Numbered from the stretch's first letter, positions 21,560 through 32,358 are shown. The stretch: DNA of 64,000 nt from an uncultured bacterium (GCA_964001285.1 CAXFAF010000003.1:8641-72640); one strand, 5' to 3'. Notes: generated by a model from the sequence alone, not told the origin. Made by a program: numbers and translations.

Positions 21560-22811
21560 TATTTATTGCCTCTTTATAAACATCTACCAATTCTTTTGCC
21601 GCTCTTTTCCATGTAAACTTATCAAGAACCCTTTCCCTACCTTTTTTTCCATATTCCAATCTTTTTTCTTCATTATCTAATAAAAACTTCACTCCTTCCA
21701 AAAGAGCTTTAGGGTTTGAATGATCAACTATAATACCAGCACCACCAACAACTTCTGGCAACGATCCACCATTTGTTGAAACTAATGGTATTCCGCATGA
21801 CATAGCTTCTCCAGCAGGGAAACCAAAACCTTCATATACTGACGGGGATACCGCTATGGTTGATTCGGCGTAAAGTTTAGCAATTTCATCGCCGGTTAAA
21901 TCTGTTACGAATTTAACTCTCTCTTTTATACCCCTTTTCTCTAATTCTTTTGAGGTAGGCCCCTCTCTTAATCTGCCAATTACAATTAATTGTAAATCTG
22001 GATATTCTTTTAAAAGATCGTCATATGCTCTAATGAGATAAATGAGGCCCTTCAACGGAACATCCGCGCTAGCAGTGGTAATGATTTGATTTTTCTTCCT
22101 TTCTATTTCTTCTATAGGCCGGAATGTTAAATGATCAATTCCATGCAGAACTTTTCTTGTTTTTTTAGGATCAATTCCAAAATCTTTTTCTAAATCTTTT
22201 CTTGTATTTTCTGATACTACGATTATTGGATCTAATTTCCTAGCAACTCTTATTTGCATATTTAAAAAGCTGTACCACCTCCACTTTAATAATTTTAAGG
22301 ATATAGTTTCAGCATGCTGAATATCTATTTTTTTATCCATTGTTATTGGGTGATGAATTGTTCCTACAACTGGTACCCCTAAATCCTTTAATTTAAGAAG
22401 CCCCCAGGCAAGAGTTTGATTGTCATGAACAACATCGAACTGTGTATAATTATTTAATGCCCATTTTGCCATTCTCTCCCCAAATGTATAAGGTTCCGAA
22501 AAGCCACCTGTTAGATGACTTATCCATTCGTATAAGTCGATCCTATTCTTTAAAATATTTAAATTAAAAGCCTTTAATGGATTATCATATGAATAGAGGT
22601 CCAATGATGGAAGTTTAGTTAAATTAACTCCTTCATCAAGGATTGGATATGGTTGTCCAGATAAAACCTCAACCTTATGCCCTAAATCAATCATAGCTTT
22701 AGTTACTAGTCGCATATATATTCCTTGTCCTCCTGTGTAAGGATGGCTCCTATAACTTGGCATAAGAATATTTAAAGGACGGTCATTAAGATTGCTTATC
22801 TTTTCGTTCAT
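21540..22811 (-). CDS. glycosyltransferase family 4 (GT-B)
   Basis: 423 aa. The C-terminal EGFGFPAGEAMSCGIPLVSTNGGSLPEVV is an EX7E-type GT4 motif. Overlaps the downstream methyltransferase by 20 nt. Confidence 0.85.
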   Translation of the reverse strand: MNEKISNLNDRPLNILMPSYRSHPYTGGQGIYMRLVTKAMIDLGHKVEVLSGQPYPILDEGVNLTKLPSLDLYSYDNPLKAFNLNILKNRIDLYEWISHLTGGFSEPYTFGERMAKWALNNYTQFDVVHDNQTLAWGLLKLKDLGVPVVGTIHHPITMDKKIDIQHAETISLKLLKWRWYSFLNMQIRVARKLDPIIVVSENTRKDLEKDFGIDPKKTRKVLHGIDHLTFRPIEEIERKKNQIITTASADVPLKGLIYLIRAYDDLLKEYPDLQLIVIGRLREGPTSKELEKRGIKERVKFVTDLTGDEIAKLYAESTIAVSPSVYEGFGFPAGEAMSCGIPLVSTNGGSLPEVVGGAGIIVDHSNPKALLEGVKFLLDNEEKRLEYGKKGRERVLDKFTWKRAAKELVDVYKEAINNANNRS

Positions 22812-22940
22812 ATTTTATATTTCTTTTATCAGTAAAATTGTGTATTCAGAGTTGTAAAGACTTAAATAATCCTTGTAAATAACTAGATTTATTCGTTAAA
22901 AAGCATAGTAAAGAATGAAAGTTAAGAGGTAAATTTATTA

Positions 22941-23261
22941 ATGGTAAAAGTTACATTTATAGAATTCGATAAAACTGAACATACAATTGACGCTGAAAAC
23001 GAAATGTCATTGATGGAAGTAGCAATTCAGAATGGAGTCCCTGGCATTGATGCTGACTGCGGAGGTGCATGCGCTTGCGCAACTTGTCATGTTTATATTG
23101 ATTCCAACTGGATAGATAAAACGGGTACTGCAGAACAAATGGAGCAAGATATGCTTGATTTCGCATTTGATGTAACTGATCAAAGCCGACTGTCATGTCA
23201 AATTAAGGTTTCTGATGATTTAGATGGCCTAGTGGTTAATCTTCCAGAAAAACAATTTTAA
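22941..23261 (+). CDS. 2Fe-2S ferredoxin, adrenodoxin/putidaredoxin type
   Basis: 106 aa with the [12 protein letters not shown]...SC cysteine pattern of vertebrate-type ferredoxins. Confidence 0.88.
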   Translation: MVKVTFIEFDKTEHTIDAENEMSLMEVAIQNGVPGIDADCGGACACATCHVYIDSNWIDKTGTAEQMEQDMLDFAFDVTDQSRLSCQIKVSDDLDGLVVNLPEKQF

Positions 23262-23264
23262 ACC

Positions 23265-24296
23265 ATGAATACAAAAAATATTGAAACAGATTGTTTAATT
23301 ATAGGGGCTGGCCCTGTCGGTCTCTTTTCAGTTTTTGAATTAGGTTTATTGGATATTAAATGTAATGTTATTGATATTTTAGATAAACCAGGTGGTCAGT
23401 GTGCAGAACTTTATCCAGATAAGCCAATTTATGATATACCTGGAATTCCCGAGATTTCTGGTGACGGGTTAGTTCAGGCACTTCTCAGGCAGATTAAGCC
23501 ATTTAATCCATCCTTTCATTTATCAAGAATTGTAACGGAGCTTAAAAAAAATGATCAAAATTTATGGGAAGTAAAAACTGATTTGAATGAAACTTTTATC
23601 ACTAAAGTGATCGTTATCGCCGCTGGAGGAGGTAGCTTCCAACCAAAAAAACCACCAATAGCCGATATTGAAAAATATGAAGAAAAATCAGTATTTTATT
23701 CTATTAGAGATAAAAAGAATTTTAACGACAAGGACATCGTTATAGTTGGAGGAGGTGACTCAGCTCTTGATTGGGCTTTAGACCTACATGAACAAGCTAA
23801 TTCTTTAACGCTCATTCACAGAAGAAAAGAATTTAGAGCCTCGCCAGATAGTGTAAATAAAGTTTTTGATTTAATTGATAAGGGATTGATAAGTTTTGAA
23901 TTAGGACAAGTTAAGGACCTTATTGGTAATGATGGAGTTTTAGAATCTATTATTTTTAAAAATAAAGATGATGGAGAAGAAAAATTAAAATGTGAAATCT
24001 TATTGCCATTTTTCGGTTTGACTATGAAATTGGGACCTGTGGCTGATTGGGGTTTAAATTTAAATGAAAACCTTATTGAAGTTGATACAGAAAAATTTGA
24101 AACTAGTGAAAAAGGTATCTTTGCGATTGGAGATATTAATACTTATCCAGGAAAATTGAAATTAATACTTTGTGGTTTTCATGAGGCGGCGCTTATGTCT
24201 CAAAAGGCACATAACTATATATTCCCTGACAAAAAAATTACTTTTCAATATACTACATCAAGCACTAGTTTAAGAAAAAAGCTCGGCGTTATTTAA
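23265..24296 (+). CDS. ferredoxin-NADP+ reductase, thioredoxin-reductase-like type
   Basis: 343 aa with IIGAGPVGLF (FAD binding), GGQCAELYPDKPIYDIPG and VGGGDSALDWA (NADPH binding). Lies 3 nt after the ferredoxin. Confidence 0.85.
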   Translation: MNTKNIETDCLIIGAGPVGLFSVFELGLLDIKCNVIDILDKPGGQCAELYPDKPIYDIPGIPEISGDGLVQALLRQIKPFNPSFHLSRIVTELKKNDQNLWEVKTDLNETFITKVIVIAAGGGSFQPKKPPIADIEKYEEKSVFYSIRDKKNFNDKDIVIVGGGDSALDWALDLHEQANSLTLIHRRKEFRASPDSVNKVFDLIDKGLISFELGQVKDLIGNDGVLESIIFKNKDDGEEKLKCEILLPFFGLTMKLGPVADWGLNLNENLIEVDTEKFETSEKGIFAIGDINTYPGKLKLILCGFHEAALMSQKAHNYIFPDKKITFQYTTSSTSLRKKLGVI

Positions 24297-24554
24297 TTAA
24301 CAATAATACCATCTACGGCAAAATCTATCATCTAGACCATTTCTTTTTATGGCTTGAGTAGTTTTATCCTGAGCTCTTATTGATTTTAATGTAAGTCTAC
24401 AACCGCCATATGCCTCAGTATCTTCTTTAAACCCTAAGTTGAGACATTCTTCATGATCAATTTTTGCCTCTAAAGCCAATCTTTCTTCTTTTGTTAGGTT
24501 AGTTGCGCAACCTATAAAAAATATACATATTAAAGTTATAATATAGTTTTTCAT
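24297..24554 (-). CDS. small Cys-rich lipoprotein, unknown function
   Basis: 85 aa with a signal peptide and lipobox (LICIFFIGC) and several Cys in the mature part. Confidence 0.5.
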   Translation of the reverse strand: MKNYIITLICIFFIGCATNLTKEERLALEAKIDHEECLNLGFKEDTEAYGGCRLTLKSIRAQDKTTQAIKRNGLDDRFCRRWYYC

Positions 24555-24558
24555 TTTT

Positions 24559-25740
24559 TTACTTCTTCATACTTAATTCTTTCATAGCTTTATCAATACC
24601 GTCAAGTGTAAGGGGAAACATTCTTCCTGAAAAAATTTGGTTAATTATTTGTGCTGATGGAGTAAATTCCCAATGTTTTTCTTCAACTGGGTTTAACCAA
24701 ATGGTGTTTGCATAAATATTATTTATCCTTTCTAACCACATACCGCCCGGTTCTTCATTCCAATGTTCTACACTTCCACCAGAATAAGTAATTTCGTAAG
24801 GACTCATCGACGCATCCCCTACAAATATTACTTTATAATCAGATGAGTATTTATGAAGAATGTCCCAAGTATTTAATCTTTCAGAATGACGCCTTCTATT
24901 ATCTTTCCAAACAAATTCATAAAGGCAATTATGAAAATAAAAATTTTCCATGTTTTTGAATTCTGTTCTTGCTGCAGAAAATAATTCTTCACACAGTTTA
25001 ACATGTGGATCCATTGAGCCACCAATGTCGAAAAATAAAAGAACTTTTACTTTGTTTCTTCTTTCAGGAACAAGAGATATGTCTAAATAACCCTTGTCAG
25101 CAGTATTTTTAATTGTTCCCGGTAGATCCAATGTGTCCGCAGCACCTTCTCTTGCGAATTTTCTTAGACGCCGAAGGGCTAGCTTTATATTCCTAATCCC
25201 AATTTCAACATCATCATCAAGGTTTTTAAATTCTCTTTTATCCCAAACTTTAACAGCCTTGAAATTTTTATTATTTTTTTGGCCAATTCTTACGCCTTCT
25301 GGATTGTATCCTTCGGCGCCGTAAGGAGATGTGCCAGCTGTTCCAATCCATTTTGATCCGCCTTCATGTCTTTTTTCTTGCTCTTCAAGTCTTTTTTTGA
25401 GCTCTTCCATTAATTTTTCCCATCCACCCATGGACTCTATTTGTTGTTTTTCTTCTTCGGTTAAGTATTTCTCGTTTAATAATTTTAACCATTCCTCAGG
25501 TATTTCTGCGGTTTCTAATTCTTCTAGATTTTCTAAACCTTTAAACACATGGCCAAATACTCTATCAAACTTATCCAGGTTTCTTTCATCTTTTACTAAA
25601 GTTGACCTTGATAAATAATAGAAATCTTCGACTTTCCTTTGAGGTATGTCTTCGTTTAATGCTTCAATAAGAGTTAGATATTCTCTTAATGTAACAGGTA
25701 TATTGGCTTGTTTGAGTTCCTGAAAAAAATTAATGAACAT
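24559..25740 (-). CDS. VWA domain protein, CoxE-like
   Basis: 393 aa with a MIDAS-like FFDIGGSMD in the C-terminal VWA domain. Lies directly downstream of a MoxR ATPase. Confidence 0.75.
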   Translation of the reverse strand: MFINFFQELKQANIPVTLREYLTLIEALNEDIPQRKVEDFYYLSRSTLVKDERNLDKFDRVFGHVFKGLENLEELETAEIPEEWLKLLNEKYLTEEEKQQIESMGGWEKLMEELKKRLEEQEKRHEGGSKWIGTAGTSPYGAEGYNPEGVRIGQKNNKNFKAVKVWDKREFKNLDDDVEIGIRNIKLALRRLRKFAREGAADTLDLPGTIKNTADKGYLDISLVPERRNKVKVLLFFDIGGSMDPHVKLCEELFSAARTEFKNMENFYFHNCLYEFVWKDNRRRHSERLNTWDILHKYSSDYKVIFVGDASMSPYEITYSGGSVEHWNEEPGGMWLERINNIYANTIWLNPVEEKHWEFTPSAQIINQIFSGRMFPLTLDGIDKAMKELSMKK

Positions 25741-25742
25741 AT

Positions 25743-26594
25743 CTAATTTTGATTATTCTCCCTTCTAGCAAGAAAAGCTAATCTTTCAAATAAATGGACA
25801 TCTTGTTCATTCTTTAATAATGCTCCATGAAGAGGAGGAATAATATTGCTTGAGTTTTTCTCTCTAAGCATTTCAGGAGTAATATCTTCATTCATTAATA
25901 ATTTTAGCCAGTCAAGAAGTTCAGAAGTAGAAGGTTTTTTCTTTAAACCCGGTATTTCTCTGAGCTCATAAAAAACTTTTAAAGATTCAGATACTAATTT
26001 TGACTTAATGTCAGGATAATGCACATCAACTATTTTCTTCATTGTTTCATTATCCGGAAAGCTAATATAATGGAAAAAACACCTTCTCAAGAAGGCATCG
26101 GGAAGTTCTTTTTCATTATTTGAGGTAATAATAACTACAGGTCGCTTTTCTGCTACTATTGTTTCTCCTGTTTCGTAAACATAAAACTCCATCCTATCTA
26201 ATTCTTGTAATAGATCATTTGGAAATTCGATATCAGCTTTATCAATTTCATCAATTAATAAAATAGGTCTTTTGTCCGAATCAAAAGCATCCCAAAGCTT
26301 TCCTTTTTTTATATAATTTTTTACATCTTTTACTCTTTCATCCCCCAATTGAGAGTCTCTTAATCTAGTAATTGCATCATATTCATATAATCCTTGTTGA
26401 GCCTTTGTTGTTGATTTTATATGCCAGGTTATAATTGGCATATCTAAGGCTTTAGCAATTTCTTCAGCTAGCACAGTTTTTCCTGTTCCTGGCTCACCTT
26501 TAACTAATAATGGTCTCTCTAAACTAATTGAGGCATTTACAGCAACTCTTAAGTCTTCCGTAGCTATATAATCTTTTGTACCTTCGAATTTCAT
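25743..26594 (-). CDS. MoxR-family AAA+ ATPase (CoxD/APE2220-like)
   Basis: 283 aa with Walker A GEPGTGKT, Walker B ILLIDEIDKA and the RCFFHYI sensor region. Confidence 0.85.
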   Translation of the reverse strand: MKFEGTKDYIATEDLRVAVNASISLERPLLVKGEPGTGKTVLAEEIAKALDMPIITWHIKSTTKAQQGLYEYDAITRLRDSQLGDERVKDVKNYIKKGKLWDAFDSDKRPILLIDEIDKADIEFPNDLLQELDRMEFYVYETGETIVAEKRPVVIITSNNEKELPDAFLRRCFFHYISFPDNETMKKIVDVHYPDIKSKLVSESLKVFYELREIPGLKKKPSTSELLDWLKLLMNEDITPEMLREKNSSNIIPPLHGALLKNEQDVHLFERLAFLARRENNQN

Positions 26595-26737
26595 ACTTCA
26601 CCTTCTTTGCTTGTTTTAAACACTTGAACAACTTACTTATCAAAGCTCTTAATTTCAATAAAGTTTATTTTTATTTATAAAACTATTGCGGTTTGCATAT
26701 TTATGTTTTAAATACCCCCCTGCATAATGAGTGAAAG

Positions 26738-27154
26738 ATGGCTACACGTTTACCTAAAAATTATTTACCTACAGAGAAAGAACCCTTTATGAATGCCAAA
26801 CAAAAAGAGTTTTTTAGAAGAAAGCTTCAAACTTGGCGTAGTGAAATTATTAGTGAAACTAAGGAAACTCTTAATAATCTTCAATATGAATCTTCCAACT
26901 TTTCTGATCTTGCCGACAGGGCGTCATCAGAAACAGATAGATCTCTTGAGTTAAGATCAAGAGATAGGCAAAGAAAGCTAATCGCTAAAATTGATGATGC
27001 TTTATTGCGTATAGATGACGGTTCGTATGGCTATTGTGAAGAAACTGGAGAAGAGATTAGTCTAAAAAGATTAATTGCAAGACCCATTGCTACCCTATCT
27101 ATCGATGCGCAAGAACTTCATGAACGCAAAGAGAAAATATATAGGGATGATTAA
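26738..27154 (+). CDS. dksA: RNA polymerase-binding transcription factor DksA
   Basis: 138 aa. The coiled-coil has the acidic tip DLADRASSETD and there is a C-terminal DksA/TraR zinc-finger-like region. Confidence 0.85.
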   Translation: MATRLPKNYLPTEKEPFMNAKQKEFFRRKLQTWRSEIISETKETLNNLQYESSNFSDLADRASSETDRSLELRSRDRQRKLIAKIDDALLRIDDGSYGYCEETGEEISLKRLIARPIATLSIDAQELHERKEKIYRDD

Positions 27155-27162
27155 TATCATAT

Positions 27163-27179
27163 GAACGATTCGTTTTTTT
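27163..27179 (+). terminator. weak candidate intrinsic terminator after dksA
   Basis: GAACG-att-CGTTT followed by a T run. The stem is only 4-5 bp. Confidence 0.3.
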
Positions 27180-27259
27180 CGTACCTTAATCTACCATTAA
27201 AATAGATCAAAAAAAGAACATTATTAATTTTATCTAAATTTTTCAAGTACTTATTTTTG

Positions 27260-27288
27260 TTGCAAAAAAAGAACAAAAGTAGTACAAA
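27260..27288 (+). promoter_or_regulatory. candidate recA promoter overlapped by a near-consensus alphaproteobacterial SOS box
   Basis: TTGCAA (27260-65), a 17-nt spacer, then TACAAA (27283-88). GAAC-N7-GTAC at 27271-27285 differs by one base from GAAC-N7-GAAC. Confidence 0.3.
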
Positions 27289-27323
27289 TAACTAGTTGAC
27301 CTGTTAAAGAATGGAGTAGAAGA

Positions 27324-28424
27324 ATGAGTAAATCGTTAAAAGTTATTGAAAGTAAAGATATGGATAAATCAAAGTCTCTAGATGCTGCACTAAGTCAGAT
27401 TGAAAAACAATTCGGCAAAGGCTCTATAATGAAATTAGGATCAGAGAACGCTATTGCAGAGATTTCTTCTATATCTAGTGGATCACTGGGTCTTGATATT
27501 GGTCTAGGAATAGGCGGTTTTCCGAAAGGAAGGGTAATTGAGATTTATGGTCCGGAAAGTTCTGGAAAGACAACGCTGGCGTTACATGCTTTGGCTGAGG
27601 CTCAGAAGCAGGGTGGTATTTGCGGTTTTATAGATGCCGAACATGCGTTAGACCCAGTTTATGCCAGAAATTTGGGCGTTAATATCGAAGAACTTCTCAT
27701 TTCGCAACCAGACCATGGTGAGCAGGCGTTAGAAATTGCTGATACTTTAGTTCGTTCTGCTGCCGTTGATGTCATTGTCATCGATTCAGTAGCCGCTCTG
27801 ACTCCAAAAGCTGAGTTAGATGGAGATATGGGAGATAGTTTGCCTGGATTACAAGCTAGATTGATGAGTCAGGCCTTAAGAAAGTTAACGGGGTCGATTT
27901 CGAAATCAAATTGCATGATAATATTCATTAATCAAATTAGAATGAAAATTGGAGTTATGTTTGGGAGTCCTGAAACAACAACAGGAGGTAACGCTCTTAA
28001 ATTTTATTCATCAGTTAGGGTTGATATTAGAAGGATTGGAGCAATAAAAGAGAGAGAACAAATTGTTGGAAATCAAACAAGAGTTAAAATCGTTAAGAAT
28101 AAGGTAGCGCCACCATTTAAAATAATTGAGTTTGATATTATGTATGGAAAAGGAATCTCAAAAAAGGGTGAGATTATAGATTTGGGCGTTGAAGCGGGAA
28201 TTGTTGAAAAATCTGGCACTTGGTATTCTTATGAAGGAGAACGGATGGGCCAAGGCCGTGAAAACGCAAAAGTTTTCCTGGAAGAAAACCCAGATATTTC
28301 GAATCAAATTGAATTTGCCATACGTGAAAGTGCTGGACTTACAAAAGATAGCGAAAAAAATATAGATTCAAGTGATGTAGTTGAAGTTGAAGAAAATAAA
28401 ACAGAATCTATAGCTTCAAAATAA
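27324..28424 (+). CDS. recA: recombinase RecA
   Basis: 366 aa with [12 protein letters not shown] and the L1/L2 region [28 protein letters not shown]. Confidence 0.97.
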   Translation: MSKSLKVIESKDMDKSKSLDAALSQIEKQFGKGSIMKLGSENAIAEISSISSGSLGLDIGLGIGGFPKGRVIEIYGPESSGKTTLALHALAEAQKQGGICGFIDAEHALDPVYARNLGVNIEELLISQPDHGEQALEIADTLVRSAAVDVIVIDSVAALTPKAELDGDMGDSLPGLQARLMSQALRKLTGSISKSNCMIIFINQIRMKIGVMFGSPETTTGGNALKFYSSVRVDIRRIGAIKEREQIVGNQTRVKIVKNKVAPPFKIIEFDIMYGKGISKKGEIIDLGVEAGIVEKSGTWYSYEGERMGQGRENAKVFLEENPDISNQIEFAIRESAGLTKDSEKNIDSSDVVEVEENKTESIASK

Positions 28425-28487
28425 ATTTATATTTATTAAAACATTAATCATTGTGCCAATTTCTGAATTTCTGTTATTTTGACACAA

Positions 28488-31055
28488 ATGGTTACTACAG
28501 AGAAAATACGCGAGACTTTTTTAAATTTTTTTGAAATGAACGATCATAAGATTGTTCATTCAAGCCCTCTCGTTCCGATTAACGATCCAACATTAATGTT
28601 TGTTAATGCAGGGATGGTGCCTTTCAAAAATTATTTTATCGGAAATGAAACTCCAGAATTTTTAAAAGCGGTGAGTTCACAAAAGTGTGTTAGAGCAGGC
28701 GGAAAACACAATGATCTAGATAATGTAGGCCATACTACAAGGCATTTAACCTTTTTCGAAATGTTAGGTAACTTTTCTTTTGGAGATTATTTCAAAGAGG
28801 AGGCTATAAAATTATCGTGGGATTTATTAATACATGAGTTTGATATACCTGCTGATAAGTTAATTATTACAATTTTTAGTGAAGATGATGAAGCTTTAAA
28901 AATATGGAAAAAAGTTTCAGGTTTTTCCGATAATAAAATTATCAGAATTTCTACTGATGATAATTTTTGGTCTATGGGAGATGAAGGACCTTGTGGACCT
29001 TGTTCTGAAATATTTTTTGATCACGGTGATAAAATTGAAGGAGGCCCCCCTGGTTCAAGAAATGAGGATGGAGATAGGTTTGTAGAGATATGGAATCTTG
29101 TTTTTATGCAGTATTTGCAACATAAAAATTCGGACCGAACGTTATTACCAAAACCATCTATTGATACTGGAATGGGGTTGGAAAGAATTTCGACTGTTCT
29201 TCAAGGCAAAACCAGTAATTTTGAGAATGATTTATTTATTTTGTTAATAAAGGAAATTGAAAATTTATTAAAAATTAACAGCTCAAAAGAAAATATTGCA
29301 AGTTTTAGAATTATTGCTGATCACCTTAGGTCTATTGTTTTTTTAATTGCTGATGGTGTTTTGCCTTCAAATGAAGGAAGAGGTTATGTCTTAAGAAGAA
29401 TTATGCGAAGAGCAATGAGGCATGCATATCTTTTAAATATTAAAAAACCAATTCTTTTCGAACTTACAGCTAATGTAATTAATTTGATGAAAGGTGCTTA
29501 CCCAGAATTAAGTAGGGCCGAGAAATTAATCGGGTTAACTTTATATAATGAAGAGGAAAGGTTTTTATCTACTCTTTCTAAAGGTATTAAAATATTAGAG
29601 AATGAAGCTAAAATTTTAAAATCCGGAGATATTTTCAATGGATCGATTGCCTTTAAACTTTATGACACTTACGGCTTCCCTTTAGACTTAACTGAAGACT
29701 TATTAAGAGATAAAGATTTAACTCTTGATAGAAAAAGTTTTGATGTTGCTATGCAAAAGCAAAAAGATGACGCAAAGAAGTCATGGTCTGGATCTGGTGA
29801 TAAGAAAACAGAAGAAATTTGGTTTAATATTTTAGATATTTGTAATCCTACAGAATTCCTTGGATATACAAATAAAGAAGCCATGGGTGAGGTTTCTGCA
29901 ATTATTCACAATAATAGTATTGTTGAAAATATTAAAGATGGTGATGAAGCAATTATAGTTTTTAATCAAAGTCCATTTTATGCTGAAAGTGGGGGGCAGT
30001 TAGGAGATATAGGTACAATTTATTCTGATAAAGTTTTGTTTAAAGTTAAAGATACTAAAAAAAAGTTAAATAACTTTCATGCTCATTATGGAAAATTAGA
30101 AAAAGGATCTTTGTCTAATGGAGATTTATTAAAATTAAAAATAGATAATGATCATAGAAAAAAAATTACTTCAAATCATTCGGCAACACATCTTCTGCAT
30201 GAGACATTAAGAAGGGTTTTGGGAGAGCATGTAACTCAAAAGGGATCGCAAGTTTCTTCAGAGAAGCTAAGATTTGATTTTAGTCATCAAAAATCACTTG
30301 AAAGTGATGAAATTATAGAAATTGAGAAGGTAATTAATAATCTAATTGATAAAAATTCATTGGTTGAAATAGATGTTCTTTCTTACGAGAAAGCTATAAA
30401 AAGTGGCGCACTTGCTTTATTTGGTGAGAAATATGATGATGAAGTTAGAGTTCTTTCCATGGGTGATAATTCTTTCTCTAAAGAATTTTGTGGAGGTACT
30501 CATGTCAAGAATCTGGGTGAAATAAAAACATTCAAAATTATTGCACAAAGTTCAGTAGCATCTGGAATAAGAAGGGTTGAGGCAATGACAGGCGCTAACG
30601 CTCACTCAACTCAGTCATTGTTAGATAAACTTTCAGAAAAACTGGAATCTAAAAAAGAAAAAAAATCAGAAAAATCTAAAGTTCATAGAATATCAAAATC
30701 GATATTGAAGGGTAAAATTATTGAAGCTGGAAATACAAAACTTTTTATTGATATACTCGATAATGTTGATCCAAAGAGTTTAAGATTTCTAATTGATGAG
30801 TGTAAAAAAGATATGGTTTCTGGGGTCATATGTTTAATTGCTGATTATAATGATAAACTATCAATCGCAATCGGTGTTACTGAAGATTTATTAGATAAGT
30901 TTGACGCTGTTGAGTTAGTAAAAATAGGATCAGTTGCTATGGGTGGAAAAGGCGGAGGAGGTCGAAGAGATATGGCTTTAGCTGGAGCAAAAAATAAAGA
31001 AAAATCCACAGATGTAATTGAGCTTATAAAAAATGAAATTAGTAAAAAAAGTTAA
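28488..31055 (+). CDS. alaS: alanine--tRNA ligase
   Basis: Contains [14 protein letters not shown], the editing HxxxH (HSATHLLH) and a C-terminal DHHA1 domain ([12 protein letters not shown]). I prefer the ATG at 28488 over the TTG at 28479 in the track. Confidence 0.93.
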   Translation: MVTTEKIRETFLNFFEMNDHKIVHSSPLVPINDPTLMFVNAGMVPFKNYFIGNETPEFLKAVSSQKCVRAGGKHNDLDNVGHTTRHLTFFEMLGNFSFGDYFKEEAIKLSWDLLIHEFDIPADKLIITIFSEDDEALKIWKKVSGFSDNKIIRISTDDNFWSMGDEGPCGPCSEIFFDHGDKIEGGPPGSRNEDGDRFVEIWNLVFMQYLQHKNSDRTLLPKPSIDTGMGLERISTVLQGKTSNFENDLFILLIKEIENLLKINSSKENIASFRIIADHLRSIVFLIADGVLPSNEGRGYVLRRIMRRAMRHAYLLNIKKPILFELTANVINLMKGAYPELSRAEKLIGLTLYNEEERFLSTLSKGIKILENEAKILKSGDIFNGSIAFKLYDTYGFPLDLTEDLLRDKDLTLDRKSFDVAMQKQKDDAKKSWSGSGDKKTEEIWFNILDICNPTEFLGYTNKEAMGEVSAIIHNNSIVENIKDGDEAIIVFNQSPFYAESGGQLGDIGTIYSDKVLFKVKDTKKKLNNFHAHYGKLEKGSLSNGDLLKLKIDNDHRKKITSNHSATHLLHETLRRVLGEHVTQKGSQVSSEKLRFDFSHQKSLESDEIIEIEKVINNLIDKNSLVEIDVLSYEKAIKSGALALFGEKYDDEVRVLSMGDNSFSKEFCGGTHVKNLGEIKTFKIIAQSSVASGIRRVEAMTGANAHSTQSLLDKLSEKLESKKEKKSEKSKVHRISKSILKGKIIEAGNTKLFIDILDNVDPKSLRFLIDECKKDMVSGVICLIADYNDKLSIAIGVTEDLLDKFDAVELVKIGSVAMGGKGGGGRRDMALAGAKNKEKSTDVIELIKNEISKKS

Positions 31056-32266
31056 GACATCTTTTTTTGTAAGTTTGTATCAATTTTATTTATAAAATCT
31101 TGAGTATTCAGCCAAGTTTGTTTGGGCCCGACAAGCAATGCAAGATCTTTTGTCATAAATCCTTTTTCTACAGTTCTTATGCAAACTTTTTCTATGAGAT
31201 TTGCAAAGTCTTTTAGTTTTTCATTCTCATCAAGTTTAGCCCTATGAGCTAATCCTCTAGTCCATGCAAATATTGAAGCGATAGAGTTTGTTGAGGTTTC
31301 CTCACCTTTTTGGTGAAGTCTATAATGCCTTGTAACCGTTCCATGAGCTGCTTCAGCTTCAACAGTCTTGCCATCGGGTGTCATTAATACGCTAGACATC
31401 AACCCTAAAGAACCAAAACCTTGTGCAACAGTATCGGACTGAACATCACCATCATAATTCTTGCATGCCCAAATAAATGCACCAGACCACTTTAATGCAC
31501 AAGCAACCATATCATCTATAAGCCTATGCTCATATTCAATATTTAATTTATCCATTTTATCTTTATATTCTGTTTCATACACTTCTTGAAAAAGGTCTTT
31601 AAATCTCCCATCGTATTTTTTTAGAATGGTGTTTTTTGTGGATAGATAAACAGGCCATCCTCTATCAATTCCATAATTTAAACAAGCTCTAGCAAAATCT
31701 CTAATTGAATCATCGTGATTATACATACCCATAGCTATTCCGCTATTATCAAAATTATATATTTCCTCTTCTATCTTTTCTTTGCCGTCTTCTGATTCCC
31801 ATTTTATTGATAATTTACCTTTACCCGGCACTACAAAATCTGTTGCTCGATACTGATCGCCAAAAGCATGTCTTCCTATTACTATAGGTTGTGTCCATCC
31901 TGGAACTAACCTTGGAATATTTGAACAAATTATAGGTTCTCTAAAAACTGTCCCACCTAAAATATTTCTTATTGTGCCGTTAGGTGATTTCCACATTTCT
32001 TTTAGTCCGAACTCTTCAACCCTGTCTTCATCAGGTGTTATTGTCGCACACTTAACACCAACTCCATGTTTTTGTATTGCTTCAGCAGCATCTATAGTAA
32101 TTTGATCATTGGTTTTATCTCTGTACTCAACTCCAAGATCATAGTAATGAAGGTCAATTTCTAAATACGGTAGTAATAGTTTTTCTTTGATAAGATCCCA
32201 TATAATTCTTGTCATCTCATCGCCATCAATTTCGACGACTGGGTTATTTACTTTTATCTTCGACAT
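31052..32266 (-). CDS. icd: NADP-dependent isocitrate dehydrogenase, eukaryote-like homodimeric type
   Basis: 404 aa with [21 protein letters not shown] and [14 protein letters not shown]. Confidence 0.93.
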   Translation of the reverse strand: MSKIKVNNPVVEIDGDEMTRIIWDLIKEKLLLPYLEIDLHYYDLGVEYRDKTNDQITIDAAEAIQKHGVGVKCATITPDEDRVEEFGLKEMWKSPNGTIRNILGGTVFREPIICSNIPRLVPGWTQPIVIGRHAFGDQYRATDFVVPGKGKLSIKWESEDGKEKIEEEIYNFDNSGIAMGMYNHDDSIRDFARACLNYGIDRGWPVYLSTKNTILKKYDGRFKDLFQEVYETEYKDKMDKLNIEYEHRLIDDMVACALKWSGAFIWACKNYDGDVQSDTVAQGFGSLGLMSSVLMTPDGKTVEAEAAHGTVTRHYRLHQKGEETSTNSIASIFAWTRGLAHRAKLDENEKLKDFANLIEKVCIRTVEKGFMTKDLALLVGPKQTWLNTQDFINKIDTNLQKKMS

Positions 32267-32358
32267 AAATGTACCAATTTAATTCCCTCAACTATTGAAT
32301 ATCATATAGCGTATATATTTCAAGAATATGTTAGGTATATATAAGGATAATTGTAAAA

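Noticed and set aside
25094-25618. Two + strand ORFs (76 and 95 aa) antisense to the VWA gene
   Set aside because: These are Ser/Phe/Leu-rich shadow ORFs of a Glu/Lys-rich coding strand, with no start context or domain.
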